Shown: positions 46,999-57,422 of the stretch, in pieces
How the letters are laid out: every line of letters begins with the position of its first letter
How positions within the stretch are numbered: position 1 is the first letter of the stretch
From: Pseudomonadota bacterium
GTDB lineage: Bacteria; Pseudomonadota; Gammaproteobacteria; Burkholderiales; UBA9220
Assembly (NCBI GenBank): GCA_021845865.1
Contig: JAJZVC010000009.1
Location: 8,218-72,217, forward strand
Length of the DNA stretch: 64,000 nucleotides
Direction: 5' to 3'
Program-made: the position numbers and the translations under genes
Notes under the pieces: model-generated
What the model was told of the DNA's origin: nothing
Seen by the model: only the letters and a program-made list of their open reading frames with translations
Databases searched by the model: none

Positions 46999-47655
46999 AT
47001 GCCAAAACGCTTTGAACTGCTTGTCTTCGATTGGGACGGTACGCTGATGGATTCAGCGGCTGTCATCGTTTCATCTATTCAGGCCGCCTGTCGCGACCTC
47101 GATCTTCCCGTGCCGGACAAGGCCGCCGCCAGCCATATCATCGGCCTCGGTCTCAATGAGGCCATGCAGGCGCTGCTGCCGGACTTGGACGCAGCCGACT
47201 ATGGCCGGATGGTGGACCGCTATCGCTTTCATTACCTTGGCCGGGATGCGGAAATTCCCCTTTTCAGCGGCGTGGAGGAAAGCCTGCGGGATTTGGCCGA
47301 GGCCGGTTTCATGCTGGCCGTCGCGACGGGAAAAAGCCGCAAGGGCCTTGACCGTGCCCTGGGTTACACCGGCCTCGGCGAGAGGTTCCATGCCACCCGC
47401 TGTGCCGATGAATGCTTCTCCAAACCCCACCCGCAAATGTTGCTGGAGCTGATGGATGAACTGGGAGTGGCCGCGGAGCAGACCCTGATGATCGGCGATA
47501 CCACCCACGACCTCCTGATGGCGCAGAATGCCAACGTGGCGGCGGTCGGCGTGGGCTACGGCGCCCACCCCCGGGAGAATCTGGAGGCGCTGTCTCCACT
47601 GGAGTGCTTTTCGGACTACGCTGGGCTCCACGACTGGTTGGCGGCACATGCCTGA
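46999..47655 (+). CDS. HAD-IA family hydrolase (phosphoglycolate phosphatase-like)
   Basis: 218-aa ORF with LVFDWDGTLMDS (DxDGT), VATGKSRKGL and MIGDTTHDLLMAQNA. Confidence 0.8.
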   Translation: MPKRFELLVFDWDGTLMDSAAVIVSSIQAACRDLDLPVPDKAAASHIIGLGLNEAMQALLPDLDAADYGRMVDRYRFHYLGRDAEIPLFSGVEESLRDLAEAGFMLAVATGKSRKGLDRALGYTGLGERFHATRCADECFSKPHPQMLLELMDELGVAAEQTLMIGDTTHDLLMAQNANVAAVGVGYGAHPRENLEALSPLECFSDYAGLHDWLAAHA

Positions 47656-47705
47656 TATCCGTGTACAATTCCTGTCATCCTTAGCCTTCGAACGGACCGC
47701 CCGCC

Positions 47706-48647
47706 ATGCCGGATGAGAATAACTGGGAACGCCAGACCCTGGAAAAGCTGGCTCTTTCCGCCCTCCAGGAACAAAGGCGGGCGCGTCATTGGGGCATTTT
47801 CTTCAAGCTGCTGACCTTCATTTTTCTTTTCTTGGTGTTGTTTTCCATCATGGGATGGATCGGCCATGGCGAGCCGCCCATCGCCGGCAAGCACACGGCC
47901 CTGGTGGAACTGCGCGGCGTCATCGGTCCCGATGGCGATGCCAGCGCCGACAACATCATCAGCGGCCTGCAGGAGGCCTTCAAGGACAAGAATACCAAGG
48001 GGGTCATCCTGCGTATCAACAGCCCCGGCGGCAGCCCTGTCCAGGCCGGGCAGATTTACGACGAAATACGCCGCCTGCGAGCCCTCTATCCGGCGATTCC
48101 CCTCTATGCCGTGGTGGATGACATCTGCGCTTCCGGTGGCTACTACGTTGCCGCCGCAGCGGACAAGATCTATGTGGACAAGGCCAGTATCGTCGGTTCC
48201 ATCGGGGTCATCATGGACGGCTTCGGTTTTACCGGCACCATGGAAAAGCTCGGTGTCGACCGCCGTGTGCTGACGGCAGGGGAGAATAAGGCTTTTCTCG
48301 ACCCGTTCTCTCCGGTGAACAAAGACCAGCAACAGTATGCCGAGCAGATGCTGGAGGAAATACACGGCCAGTTCATCCAGGTGGTGCGCCAGGGTCGAGG
48401 CCAGAGACTGAAGGAAATTCCGGGCATGTTCAGCGGTCTGGTATGGACCGGCGAGAAGAGCGTCAGCCTCGGCTTGGCTGACGGTTTGGGGAGCATGGAT
48501 TCGGTGGCCAGGGATGTCATCAAGGCGGAAGACATCGTGGATTTCACGCCCCGCGAAGGGTTCGCGGAGCGCTTCGCCAAGCGTCTCGGCGCGGCCGCGG
48601 CACAGAATTTCAACCCCCTGTCGCGCTACGGCGCTTTGCTGCATTGA
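47706..48647 (+). CDS. sppA: Signal peptide peptidase SppA, 36K type (S49 family)
   Basis: 313-aa ORF with an N-terminal TM segment (WGIFFKLLTFIFLFLVLFSIMGWI), INSPGGSPVQAG and CASGGYYVAAAADKIY. Confidence 0.85.
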   Translation: MPDENNWERQTLEKLALSALQEQRRARHWGIFFKLLTFIFLFLVLFSIMGWIGHGEPPIAGKHTALVELRGVIGPDGDASADNIISGLQEAFKDKNTKGVILRINSPGGSPVQAGQIYDEIRRLRALYPAIPLYAVVDDICASGGYYVAAAADKIYVDKASIVGSIGVIMDGFGFTGTMEKLGVDRRVLTAGENKAFLDPFSPVNKDQQQYAEQMLEEIHGQFIQVVRQGRGQRLKEIPGMFSGLVWTGEKSVSLGLADGLGSMDSVARDVIKAEDIVDFTPREGFAERFAKRLGAAAAQNFNPLSRYGALLH

Positions 48648-48892
48648 GCTTGGGGGACTACCAGCCCATTCCCTGCATCCAGCATGAACGGCTGGAATTC
48701 AGCGTGTTGCGGCGTATTCCCCTGCGGCTTGAGTATCGCCTGGGGGATGAATCGAGGTCGGAGACCGTTTTGCCCCGTGACGTTTATACTCGCGGTGGGG
48801 CGGAATGGTTGAGATTCCAACGCCGCGATGGCGAAGAGGTGGAAATCCGCCTGGACGCCATCACGGCATTCAGCGAGTCGGCCAAAGCGTAG
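48644..48892 (+). CDS. Rof-like (Rho-binding antiterminator family) small protein
   Basis: 82-aa ORF whose TTG start overlaps the sppA stop. DYQPIPCIQHERLEF...EIRLDAITAFS follows the YQPIxC...LE...RLDxITxFS pattern I recall for E. coli Rof/YaeO. Confidence 0.5.
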   Translation: MSLGDYQPIPCIQHERLEFSVLRRIPLRLEYRLGDESRSETVLPRDVYTRGGAEWLRFQRRDGEEVEIRLDAITAFSESAKA

Positions 48893-49046
48893 TCGACGCC
48901 CTTGAGGGGTGCGGTACAATCCCTTCACGCATAATCAAAGCACGGACACACCCTTTCCAATGCCTGGCTGATTTCTTGCTTAGCCAGTAATACACAAAAT
49001 CATAAGCATTGCGCCAAGCCTTGGCGGGCGCCTTACGGGGGTTATT

Positions 49047-49502
49047 ATGACGATTAAAGCGGTGCCGCTTAGTCCGGAGGACTTTTGTCTGGATCCGGAC
49101 GCCAGCCTGATGGATGCCTTGAAACTGATGCTGGAAAAGGGAATAAACCATGTTCCCGTTTGTGACCCAGAGAGGTTTGTCGGCATCGTGGGCATCAACG
49201 ATATTTTGCTGGAGCTGATTCCGGTCAGCGCCCGGGTCGAACACGGGCTGGCGGACCTCGCGTTCGCCGGCGACGCCACCCGCTTGCTGGCGGCCCATGT
49301 GGAGGGTCTCAAGCGCCGCACCGTCAAGGAACGGGTGAAAAAAGGGCAGGTGCTGGATGAAAGCTGTCCGCTGCTGGAAGCCGCCTTGCTTCTCAGCCAA
49401 AACCCGTCCCCCTTGCCGGTGGTGGGGGCCAAGGGCGAGTTCCGCGGCATGCTGAGCCGCCGCGCGCTCCTGGGTTATCTCGCCGCGCAAGAGGAGGGTT
49501 GA
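49047..49502 (+). CDS. CBS domain pair protein
   Basis: 151-aa ORF with two CBS-like units (LMDALKLMLEKGINHVPVCDPERFVGIVGINDIL and LLEAALLLSQNPSPLPVVGAKGEFRGMLSRRALL). Confidence 0.7.
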   Translation: MTIKAVPLSPEDFCLDPDASLMDALKLMLEKGINHVPVCDPERFVGIVGINDILLELIPVSARVEHGLADLAFAGDATRLLAAHVEGLKRRTVKERVKKGQVLDESCPLLEAALLLSQNPSPLPVVGAKGEFRGMLSRRALLGYLAAQEEG

Positions 49503-49503
49503 G

Positions 49504-50844
49504 ATGCACGGCGCCACTTCCAGTGTCAGCGAGGTTATCTTCGGCTTGAGCCCGCTGGCCGTTTCCCTGACGGTTTTCGTCCTGACCTACGCCGTAATCG
49601 TGACCGAAAAGATCAACCGCTCCATCGTCGCCCTGCTGGGCGCCGGGGTGATGATTTTTACGGGGGTGCTGCACCAGTCCGAAGCCTTTGCCGGCATCGA
49701 CTTCAATACCATCGGCCTGTTGACCGGCATGATGGTGATCGTGGCCATCACCCAGAAAAGCGGGGTGTTCCAATACGTGGCCATCGTCGCCGCCAAGTCG
49801 GTCAAGGCCGACCCCTGGTGGCTGCTGGTGATGCTGTCGGCGGTGACGGCGGTGTTCTCCGCGCTGCTGGACAACGTGACCACCGTTTTGCTGATTGCGC
49901 CGGTTACCCTGCTGATTACCGACGCCCTGCGCATATCGCCCTATCCTTACCTCTTCTCGGTGATCTTCGCCTCCAATATTGGCGGGACGGCCACCCTGAT
50001 CGGCGACCCGCCCAATATCATGATCGGCTCGGCGGTAAAGCTTACCTTCAACGATTTTCTCTTCAACCTGACGCCCATCGCCGTGCTGGTGTTTCTCCTG
50101 ACCCTGATTCCGATTTATTTCATCTGGGGCCGCAAGCTCAAGGCCAGCGACGAGGATCGGGAGCAGGTCATGGCGTTCAACGAGAAAGAGGCGATCACCG
50201 ACGTGAAGCTGCTCAAGCAGTCCCTGTCGGTGATTTCCCTGGTGATACTCGGCTTCGTCCTGGCACACTCCATGAACCAGGAGCCGGGAACCATCGCCAT
50301 GTTCGGCGCCGCGCTGCTGCTGTTGCTGCGGGCGCTGGGCAAGGACGCCGAGGAGCAGTCCCATGACGTCCACCACTCCTATGCCGAGGTGGAGTGGGTC
50401 ACCATCTTCTTCTTCGTCGGCCTATTCATCGTCGTGGCGGGCATCGAGAAAGCAGGGGCCTTGTCCTTGCTGGCGGACGAGCTGGTGTCACTGACCGGCG
50501 GCGACTTCAAGGCCACGGCCTTTGTCATCCTGTGGGTCTCCGCCATCTTTTCGGCGGTGGTGGACAACATCCCCTTCGTCGCCACCATGATTCCCGTTAT
50601 CCAGAGCATGGGCTCGGTATTTGCCGGCCAGAGCCTGACGCCGTTGTGGTGGTCCCTGGCGTTGGGGGCCTGCCTGGGAGGCAACGGCAGCCTGGTGGGG
50701 GCCAGCGCCAACCTGGTGGTGGCGGGTTTTGCCGAAAGGGCGGGGCAGCCGATCCGCTTCCTGCCCTTCATGCTGATGGCCTTCCCGCTGATGCTGATGA
50801 GCATCCTGGTCAGCACGGGCTACATCTACTTGCGTTACCTGTAG
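49504..50844 (+). CDS. ArsB/NhaD (SLC13/CitMHS-like) superfamily permease
   Basis: 446-aa ORF, strongly hydrophobic with multiple TM segments. Contains FSALLDNVTTVLLIAPV and FSAVVDNIPFVATMIPV, duplicated hairpin motifs. It starts 1 nt after the CBS gene's stop codon. Confidence 0.75.
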   Translation: MHGATSSVSEVIFGLSPLAVSLTVFVLTYAVIVTEKINRSIVALLGAGVMIFTGVLHQSEAFAGIDFNTIGLLTGMMVIVAITQKSGVFQYVAIVAAKSVKADPWWLLVMLSAVTAVFSALLDNVTTVLLIAPVTLLITDALRISPYPYLFSVIFASNIGGTATLIGDPPNIMIGSAVKLTFNDFLFNLTPIAVLVFLLTLIPIYFIWGRKLKASDEDREQVMAFNEKEAITDVKLLKQSLSVISLVILGFVLAHSMNQEPGTIAMFGAALLLLLRALGKDAEEQSHDVHHSYAEVEWVTIFFFVGLFIVVAGIEKAGALSLLADELVSLTGGDFKATAFVILWVSAIFSAVVDNIPFVATMIPVIQSMGSVFAGQSLTPLWWSLALGACLGGNGSLVGASANLVVAGFAERAGQPIRFLPFMLMAFPLMLMSILVSTGYIYLRYL

Positions 50845-50857
50845 CCGAAAGCCCGGG

Positions 50858-51571
50858 TCAACTCGGGCTGAGGAGCAGAAAAATCGCCGGCCGCTTGTCC
50901 AGGTCCGGCGATTGTTTTTTCCATTCGCCGACCGTTCGGGTGTGGATGGACTGGGTCGAGAGGGTCAGGTCGACGGCCACCGTGACCAGGGTATTGGGCT
51001 TGCAGGCGGCCTGGAGATCGTCCAGCAGCCGGCGGTTGCGATAAGGCGTCTCGATGAAAATCTGGGTCCGCTTGAGGCGCAGCGATTCGGCCTCCAGTTC
51101 CTTGATCCGTTTGCTCCGCTCCGCCTTGTCCACCGGCAGGTAGCCGTGGAAGGCGAAGCTCTGGCCGTTGAGCCCGGAGGCCATGAGCGCCAGGAGGATG
51201 GAGGAGGGGCCGGCCAGGGGGACGACGCGGATGCCGTGCTGATGAGCCAGGCGCACCAGCTCGGCGCCGGGGTCGGCTACTGCGGGGCAGCCTGCCTCGG
51301 ACATCAGCCCGATGTCTTTCCCTTCCAGCAGGGGGTCAAGCAGGGCGGAGACCGCCGTCGCGGCGGTATGCTCGTTGAGCTCAGCGAGCTGGATTTCCTG
51401 CAGGGGGCGGCTGAGGCCGAGCTGTTTCAGATGCCGGCGGGCGGTTTTGGGGTGTTCGACGACAAAGCTGTCGAGGCCGGCGACCAACTGCCGGACCTGT
51501 TCCGGAATCGCCGCCAGGGCCGAGTCTTCATCCCCCAGTGGGGTCGGAATCAGGTACAGGGTGCCCGCCAC
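50858..51571 (-). CDS. Tetrapyrrole-methylase-superfamily SAM-dependent methyltransferase (RsmI-related)
   Basis: 237-aa ORF with GTLYLIPTPLGD, GLMSEAGCPAVADPG and PLAGPSSILLALMASGL. Confidence 0.7.
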   Translation of the reverse strand: MAGTLYLIPTPLGDEDSALAAIPEQVRQLVAGLDSFVVEHPKTARRHLKQLGLSRPLQEIQLAELNEHTAATAVSALLDPLLEGKDIGLMSEAGCPAVADPGAELVRLAHQHGIRVVPLAGPSSILLALMASGLNGQSFAFHGYLPVDKAERSKRIKELEAESLRLKRTQIFIETPYRNRRLLDDLQAACKPNTLVTVAVDLTLSTQSIHTRTVGEWKKQSPDLDKRPAIFLLLSPS

Positions 51572-51577
51572 AGCGCT

Positions 51578-52159
51578 TCAGACGACCTCGAAACCTTCGT
51601 TCTGCAGCATGGTGATCAGGGCGATCAGCGGCAGGCCGATCAGGGCGTTGGGGTCGTCGCCCGTCATGCGCTCGATCAGGGCGATGCCCAGCCCCTCCGA
51701 CTTGGCGCTGCCGGCACAGTTATAGGGCTGTTCCTTGGCGAGGTAGCGCTCGATGAGGGCGTCGTCGTAGTCCCTGAACTTGACCTCGAAGGGAATCACT
51801 TTGGCCTGGGTATGGCCGCTGCGGCTGTTGTGCAGGCATAGCGCGGTCTGGAAAAAGACACTCTTGCCGCGCATCATCCGCAATTGTTTCAAGGCATTCT
51901 CGTGATTGCCCGGCTTGCCCAGTTGCATGTCGCCCAGCATGGCCACCTGGTCCGAGCCGATGATCAGGGCATCGGGATGGGCGGCGGCGACCGCTTTGGC
52001 CTTGGCAATGGCAAGGCGCAGGGCCGTGGCGTCGGGAGCCTCTCCGGGAAGAGGCGTTTCGTCCACGTCGGGGGAGGTAACGCTGAAGGGGACCTTCAGG
52101 CGGGACAGCAATTCCCGGCGATAGGGGGAGGTGGAGGCAAGAACCAGTTCCTGCGTCAT
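51578..52159 (-). CDS. maf: Maf-family nucleoside triphosphate pyrophosphatase (YceF-like)
   Basis: 193-aa ORF with [23 protein letters not shown] and [19 protein letters not shown]. Confidence 0.85.
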   Translation of the reverse strand: MTQELVLASTSPYRRELLSRLKVPFSVTSPDVDETPLPGEAPDATALRLAIAKAKAVAAAHPDALIIGSDQVAMLGDMQLGKPGNHENALKQLRMMRGKSVFFQTALCLHNSRSGHTQAKVIPFEVKFRDYDDALIERYLAKEQPYNCAGSAKSEGLGIALIERMTGDDPNALIGLPLIALITMLQNEGFEVV

Positions 52160-52179
52160 GATGCTTGCCTCCGGTTGGC

Positions 52180-54048
52180 TTACTCGGGTTGGATTTCGAT
52201 CAGTGCTTCGTCCGGGGTGACGCTGTCACCCTTTTCCACGAAGATGCCGATGACGGTGCCGGAAACCGAGGTTTGCACTTCGTTTTCCATTTTCATCGCC
52301 TCGATCACCAGCACGGCGTCGCCGGCCTTCACCTTCTGGCCAGCGGCCACTTTCACTTCCACGATGGTGCCGGGCATGGCGGTGGTGACATGGCCCTGGT
52401 GGGTGGGGCGAGGGCACTTGCCCGCGGACTGGGCCGGCTTGTCGCCGCTGGATTTCTTGCTGCTGGCGGCAGTGGCCACCGCGCCACCGCTGCCGGCGTA
52501 GACTTCGATTTCGTTCAGGGCTTCGACGATGACCTCTTCCGGCACGCCATCCACGGAGACGAAGAACGGACGCTGCTCTTCGCCCTTGTGGCCGGAGCCG
52601 GAAATCTTGATGTGGTAGGTCTCGCCGTGGAGGGTGACGTTGAACTCGTCGGCGGAATACATCGGCCCGCAGTTGAGGTTGGTGCCCGGGGGCAGCAGGG
52701 GTTCGGCCTTGAGACTGCCGGCGGCCCGCTCCTGGAGGAAGGTGCGGCCGAGGTCGGGGAACATGGCGTAGGTGAGGATGTCTTCCTCGGACTTCGCCAG
52801 TCCTTCCACTTCGCCGCGCAGCTTGTCCATTTCGTCTTCCAGCAGGTCGGCGGGACGGCAGGTGATGACCTCGACGTTGCCGATGGCGATGCTGCGCACT
52901 TCGCTGTTGACGTGGCCGGGGGCCTTGCCGTAGCGGCCCTGGAGGTAGTTTTTCACCTCGGTGGTGACGGACTTGTAACGCTCGCCGGTGAGCACGTTGA
53001 GCACCGCCTGGGTGCCGACGATCTGGGAGGTGGGGGTGACCAGCGGGGGGAAACCCAGGTCTTCCCGGACGCGGGGAATTTCCGCCAGCACCTCGTCCAT
53101 GCGCTCCAGGGCGCCCTGCTCCTTGAGCTGGTTGGAGAGGTTGGAGATCATGCCGCCGGGTACCTGGTTGACCAGTACGCGGGTATCCACGCCGGTAAAG
53201 GCGCTTTCGAACTGCCAGTATTTCTTCCTCACTTCGCGGAAATAGGCGGTGATTTCCTGCAGCAGGGGCAGGGAGAGGCCGGTATCGTACTCGGTGCCCG
53301 CCAGGGCGGCCACGATGCTCTCGGTGGAGGAGTGGCTCGCGCCTTCGCCGAAGGAAGAGTTGCAAGTATCGAGGATGGTGGCGCCCGCTTCCACGCCCTT
53401 GAGGAAGCACATGGCGGAGAGGCCGGAAGTGGCGTGACTGTGGAGGTGGATGGGCATGTTCACCGCGGCCTTGAGGGCCTTCACCAGTTCACCGGTGGTG
53501 TAAGGAGTCAGCAGGCCGGCCATGTCCTTGATCGCCAGGGTGTCGCAGCCCATGGCTTCCAAGTCCTTGGCCATCTGGACGAAATAGGGGATATCGTGCA
53601 CCGGGCTGGTGGTGTAGCTGATGGCGCCCTCGGCGGTCTTGCCGGCTTTCTTCACCGCTTCGATGGAAATCTGCATGTTGCGCAGGTCGTTCATGGCGTC
53701 GAAGACGCGGAACACGTCCACGCCGTTGTCAGCGGATTTCTGCACGAAGGCTCGCACGACATCATCGGAGTAGTGGCGATAGCCGAGCAGGTTCTGCCCG
53801 CGCAGCAGCATCTGGATGCGGGTATTGGGCAGGGCGGCGCGCAGCTTGCGCAGACGCTCCCAGGGGTCCTCGCGCAGGAAACGGACGCAGGAGTCGAAGG
53901 TCGCGCCACCCCAGGCTTCGAGGGACCAGAAACCGACGCTGTCGAGCTTGCCGCAAATGGGCAGCATGTCTTCGGTGCGCATGCGGGTTGCGATCAGCGA
54001 CTGATGACCGTCGCGTAACACCAGTTCGGAAATGTAGACTTTTGCCAT
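52180..54048 (-). CDS. Pyruvate carboxylase subunit B / oxaloacetate decarboxylase alpha-type carboxyltransferase with C-terminal biotinyl domain
   Basis: 622-aa ORF with [17 protein letters not shown] and the C-terminal biotin motif EAMKMENE. It is adjacent to a biotin carboxylase gene, and there are no membrane OadB/OadG genes nearby. Confidence 0.85.
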   Translation of the reverse strand: MAKVYISELVLRDGHQSLIATRMRTEDMLPICGKLDSVGFWSLEAWGGATFDSCVRFLREDPWERLRKLRAALPNTRIQMLLRGQNLLGYRHYSDDVVRAFVQKSADNGVDVFRVFDAMNDLRNMQISIEAVKKAGKTAEGAISYTTSPVHDIPYFVQMAKDLEAMGCDTLAIKDMAGLLTPYTTGELVKALKAAVNMPIHLHSHATSGLSAMCFLKGVEAGATILDTCNSSFGEGASHSSTESIVAALAGTEYDTGLSLPLLQEITAYFREVRKKYWQFESAFTGVDTRVLVNQVPGGMISNLSNQLKEQGALERMDEVLAEIPRVREDLGFPPLVTPTSQIVGTQAVLNVLTGERYKSVTTEVKNYLQGRYGKAPGHVNSEVRSIAIGNVEVITCRPADLLEDEMDKLRGEVEGLAKSEEDILTYAMFPDLGRTFLQERAAGSLKAEPLLPPGTNLNCGPMYSADEFNVTLHGETYHIKISGSGHKGEEQRPFFVSVDGVPEEVIVEALNEIEVYAGSGGAVATAASSKKSSGDKPAQSAGKCPRPTHQGHVTTAMPGTIVEVKVAAGQKVKAGDAVLVIEAMKMENEVQTSVSGTVIGIFVEKGDSVTPDEALIEIQPE

Positions 54049-54107
54049 ACTCCAACCTACGTAATTGAATTATTGGGATGCTTCGCCGTTAGAGGTGCGC
54101 ACCGGAA

Positions 54108-55526
54108 TTATATGCCCTCGTGGGCCGCAATGGCTGCCGCAATGGCTGCGGCCAGCAGTTCCGGCGGACGGCGGATAGCGTAGTTCGCCAGTTCCGGATG
54201 GGATTCCACGAAACTGGTATTGAACCGGCCGCTGCGGAACTCGCTGTTTTTCAGGATTTCCTTGTAATAAGGAATCGTGGTTTTGACGCCATACACCGTC
54301 ATGTCGGAGAGGGCGCGCAAACCCCGCTCGATGGCGCTTTCCCAGGTCAGGTTCCAGACCGTGAGCTTGGCGCACATGGAATCATAATAGGGGGGGATGA
54401 CGTAGCCCGTATACATGGCCGCATCAGTACGCACGCCGGGCCCGCCCGGGGCGTAATAACGGGTTACCCGGCCGAAACTGGGCAGGAAGCCATTCTGGGG
54501 GTCTTCCGCGTTGATGCGGAATTCCATGGCGAAACCGTTGTAACTGATGTCCGCCTGCTTATATTGCAAGGGAAGGCCGCTGGCAACGCGAATCTGCTCC
54601 TGGACGATGTCGATGCCGGTGATCTGCTCGGTGACAGTGTGTTCCACCTGCAGCCGGGTGTTCATTTCCATGAAATAAAAGTTGTTGTCGGAATCCAGCA
54701 GGAACTCCACCGTGCCGGCATTTTCGTAGCCCACGGTCTTGGCCGCCTGCACCGCGAGGCCACCGATATAGTCGCGCTGGGCGCGGGTGAGCTGGGGAGA
54801 GGGGGCGATTTCGATCAGTTTCTGGTTGCGGCGCTGGATGGAGCAATCGCGCTCGAAGAGGTGTACCGCGTTGCCCTGGCTATCCGCCAGGACCTGAACC
54901 TCGATGTGCTTGGGATTGACCACGCATTTTTCGAGGAACACTTCCGGTTTGCCGAAGGCTTTGGCGGCTTCGGAAACCACGCGCTCGTAGTTGCGGATCA
55001 ACTCATCTTCGCTGTTGCAGCGGCGAATGCCGCGGCCGCCGCCGCCGTTGGTGGCTTTCAGCATCACGGGGTAGCCGATCTTGTTAGCCAGTTGGCGCGC
55101 CTCTTCCACGTTGGCCAGGTTGCCGTCGCTGCCGGGAATGACGGGAATGCCGGCCTTGATCATGGCCTTGCGGGCTTCGATCTTGTCGCCCATCTGGCGA
55201 ATGACTTCGGCGGAGGGGCCGATGAAGCGAATGCCCCGGCGGGCGCAAATTTCGGCCAACACCGGGTTCTCGGACAGGAAACCGTAACCGGGGTGGAGGG
55301 CGTCGCAGCCCGAGGCAACGGCCAGGTTGACGATATTATGGGCGTTCAGGTAGCCGATCACCGGATCGGAACCGATGTTGTAGGCTTCATCGGCTTTCTT
55401 GACGTGCAGGGCATGCCGATCGGCATCGGTGTATATCGCGACCGACTTGATGCCCATTTCGGCGCAGGCGCGCACGATGCGCACCGCAATTTCGCCCCGG
55501 TTGGCAATAAGTATTTTTTTGATCAT
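54108..55526 (-). CDS. Biotin carboxylase (pyruvate carboxylase subunit A / AccC-type)
   Basis: 472-aa ORF with MIKKILIANRGEIAVRIVRAC, YPVMLKATNGGGGRGIR and MEMNTRLQVEHTVTE. Confidence 0.88.
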   Translation of the reverse strand: MIKKILIANRGEIAVRIVRACAEMGIKSVAIYTDADRHALHVKKADEAYNIGSDPVIGYLNAHNIVNLAVASGCDALHPGYGFLSENPVLAEICARRGIRFIGPSAEVIRQMGDKIEARKAMIKAGIPVIPGSDGNLANVEEARQLANKIGYPVMLKATNGGGGRGIRRCNSEDELIRNYERVVSEAAKAFGKPEVFLEKCVVNPKHIEVQVLADSQGNAVHLFERDCSIQRRNQKLIEIAPSPQLTRAQRDYIGGLAVQAAKTVGYENAGTVEFLLDSDNNFYFMEMNTRLQVEHTVTEQITGIDIVQEQIRVASGLPLQYKQADISYNGFAMEFRINAEDPQNGFLPSFGRVTRYYAPGGPGVRTDAAMYTGYVIPPYYDSMCAKLTVWNLTWESAIERGLRALSDMTVYGVKTTIPYYKEILKNSEFRSGRFNTSFVESHPELANYAIRRPPELLAAAIAAAIAAHEGI

Positions 55527-55648
55527 TAGAAGCCTAAATCTCGTAAAAGACGGTTACCGTGATTCGAGCCGGCGGGAACTTTAGATTCGCCCCCGGCTAT
55601 TCAAGCTTTTTTGACAGCCAAAGCCAAGAATTGTATCATGCGCGCCCA

Positions 55649-56146
55649 ATGTCTGAACAGCCAGCTATCAACGGTCTGGAGTTCGCCCGGAAAGGTGAAA
55701 AGCTAAGCGGGGATGTCTCCGTGGCGGCGTTGCGCCGGGTGAGCGGCCTGCTTTCATCCCGCGACGGGGTAGTTCATTATGAACTTTCCGGGCTCGTGAA
55801 TGAAGCGGGCAAGCCTGTGCTGCAGCTCAAGTTGCGGGGCCGACTCTGGGTGGTTTGCCAGCGTTGCCTGGGGGAGATGGAATACCCTCTGGCGACGGAC
55901 ACCGAGTTGGAGCTCGTGGCCGATGAGGGTGGCCTCAAGCCGCTTGAAGAAGAAGCCGAGTCGGTCGATACGGTTGTCGCAGACAAAGAAATGGATGTGG
56001 TGTCTTTGGTGGAGGAAGAAATCCTGCTGGAGATACCGATGTCGCCCAAGCACCCCGAAGGCGAGTGTGGCGAGGCCGGACACGTTCCCGCCCAGCCAAA
56101 AAGCAATCCCTTCAGCGTCTTGGCGGCCTTGAAGAAGCAACGTTAA
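55649..56146 (+). CDS. yceD: YceD (DUF177) large-ribosomal-subunit accumulation protein
   Basis: ORF 55559-56146 trimmed to ATG 55649 (MSEQPAINGLEF). Contains CQRCLGEM and EEEILLEIPMSPKH, and lies immediately upstream of rpmF as in most bacteria. Confidence 0.8.
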   Translation: MSEQPAINGLEFARKGEKLSGDVSVAALRRVSGLLSSRDGVVHYELSGLVNEAGKPVLQLKLRGRLWVVCQRCLGEMEYPLATDTELELVADEGGLKPLEEEAESVDTVVADKEMDVVSLVEEEILLEIPMSPKHPEGECGEAGHVPAQPKSNPFSVLAALKKQR

Positions 56147-56167
56147 AGTTTTTATTAAGGAGCAATC

Positions 56168-56347
56168 ATGGCTGTTCAGCAGAACAAGAAGTCCCCTTCC
56201 AAGCGTGGCATGCACCGTGCCCACGATTTCCTGACCAACCCGCCCCTGGCCGTGGAACCCACCACCGGTGAAGTGCACCTGCGCCATCACATCAGCCCCA
56301 ACGGGTACTACAAGGGTCGCAAAGTCGTTCGCACCAAGGGCGAGTAA
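56168..56347 (+). CDS. rpmF: 50S ribosomal protein L32
   Basis: Not in the ORF track because it is 59 aa. Hand translation gives [65 protein letters not shown] lies upstream. Confidence 0.92.
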   Translation: MAVQQNKKSPSKRGMHRAHDFLTNPPLAVEPTTGEVHLRHHISPNGYYKGRKVVRTKGE

Positions 56348-56399
56348 CGCCTTGTCCGGCATCTTCATGCTTGAATCGGCTGCCGGAACCCTGTCATAA

Positions 56400-57422
56400 A
56401 TGGATATTACCGTCGCAATTGACGCCATGGGCGGCGACCATGGCGCGCACGTGACCGTGCCTGCCGCCCTGGAATATCTGAAGCGGGACCTTGAAGTCAA
56501 TATCGTCCTGGTAGGCCTCCAGGACGTTCTGGAAAAAGAGCTGAGGGCGCGCGGCGCCTCTACCGGCCCGCGTCTGCGCATCCATCACGCCAGCGAGGTC
56601 GTCACCATGGACGACCCTTTGTCATCGGCGCTGCGGACCAAAAAAGATTCTTCCATGCGCGTGGCGATCAACCTGGTGAAAACCGGGGAGGCCAATGCCT
56701 GCGTGTCTGCCGGCAATACCGGCGCCCTGATGGCGATTTCCCGCTTCGTCCTCAAAACCCTGGCGGGCATCGAACGGCCCGCCATTGCCACCACGCTTCC
56801 CACACGGCGCGGCCATACCTACGTTTTGGACCTGGGGGCCAACGTGGACTGCTCGGCCGAGCACTTGCTGCAATTCGGCATCATGGGCGCCATGCTGGCT
56901 TCCGCCGTCGACCACAAGGAAGCCCCTTCAGTCGGCCTTCTCAATATCGGCGAGGAGGAGATCAAGGGCAACGAGGTGGTGAAGGAGGCCGGGGATTTGT
57001 TGCGCTCCAGCCACCTCAACTTCTTCGGCAACGTGGAAGGGGACGATATCTACAAGGGCACCACCGACGTGGTGGTGTGCGATGGTTTCGTCGGCAACGT
57101 GGCCTTGAAAACATCCGAGGGTCTGGCCCAGATGCTGGCCACCTTTCTGCGGGAAGAGTTCCAGCGTAACCTTCTCACCAAGATCATGGGGCTGTTGGCG
57201 CTCCCCGTTCTGAAAGCTTTCAAAAAGCGCGTCGATCACCGCCGCTACAACGGCGCCAGCCTGTTGGGACTGCGTGGGATCGTCATAAAAAGCCATGGTT
57301 CGGCCGATTCCTTTGCCTTCCTGTTCGCCATTGAACGAGCGGTGGAAGAGGTGAGGAACGGCGTGCTGCGACGCATCAGCGACCAAATGGCGATCCTGAC
57401 CAACGAGAGGACACATTCTTGA
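56400..57422 (+). CDS. plsX: Phosphate acyltransferase PlsX
   Basis: 340-aa ORF with [24 protein letters not shown] and [13 protein letters not shown]. Confidence 0.93.
   Translation: MDITVAIDAMGGDHGAHVTVPAALEYLKRDLEVNIVLVGLQDVLEKELRARGASTGPRLRIHHASEVVTMDDPLSSALRTKKDSSMRVAINLVKTGEANACVSAGNTGALMAISRFVLKTLAGIERPAIATTLPTRRGHTYVLDLGANVDCSAEHLLQFGIMGAMLASAVDHKEAPSVGLLNIGEEEIKGNEVVKEAGDLLRSSHLNFFGNVEGDDIYKGTTDVVVCDGFVGNVALKTSEGLAQMLATFLREEFQRNLLTKIMGLLALPVLKAFKKRVDHRRYNGASLLGLRGIVIKSHGSADSFAFLFAIERAVEEVRNGVLRRISDQMAILTNERTHS

Noticed and set aside
52180-54048. Na+-pumping oxaloacetate decarboxylase (OadA)
   Set aside because: No oadB or oadG membrane-subunit genes are adjacent. The immediate neighbour is a biotin carboxylase, which fits a two-subunit pyruvate carboxylase.
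52165-55529. Long plus-strand ORFs (52165-54018, 617 aa; 54120-55529, 469 aa) opposite the carboxylase genes
   Set aside because: The translations are G/A/H/D-rich and repetitive with no recognisable motifs. The minus strand carries textbook biotin carboxylase and carboxyltransferase/biotinyl sequences.
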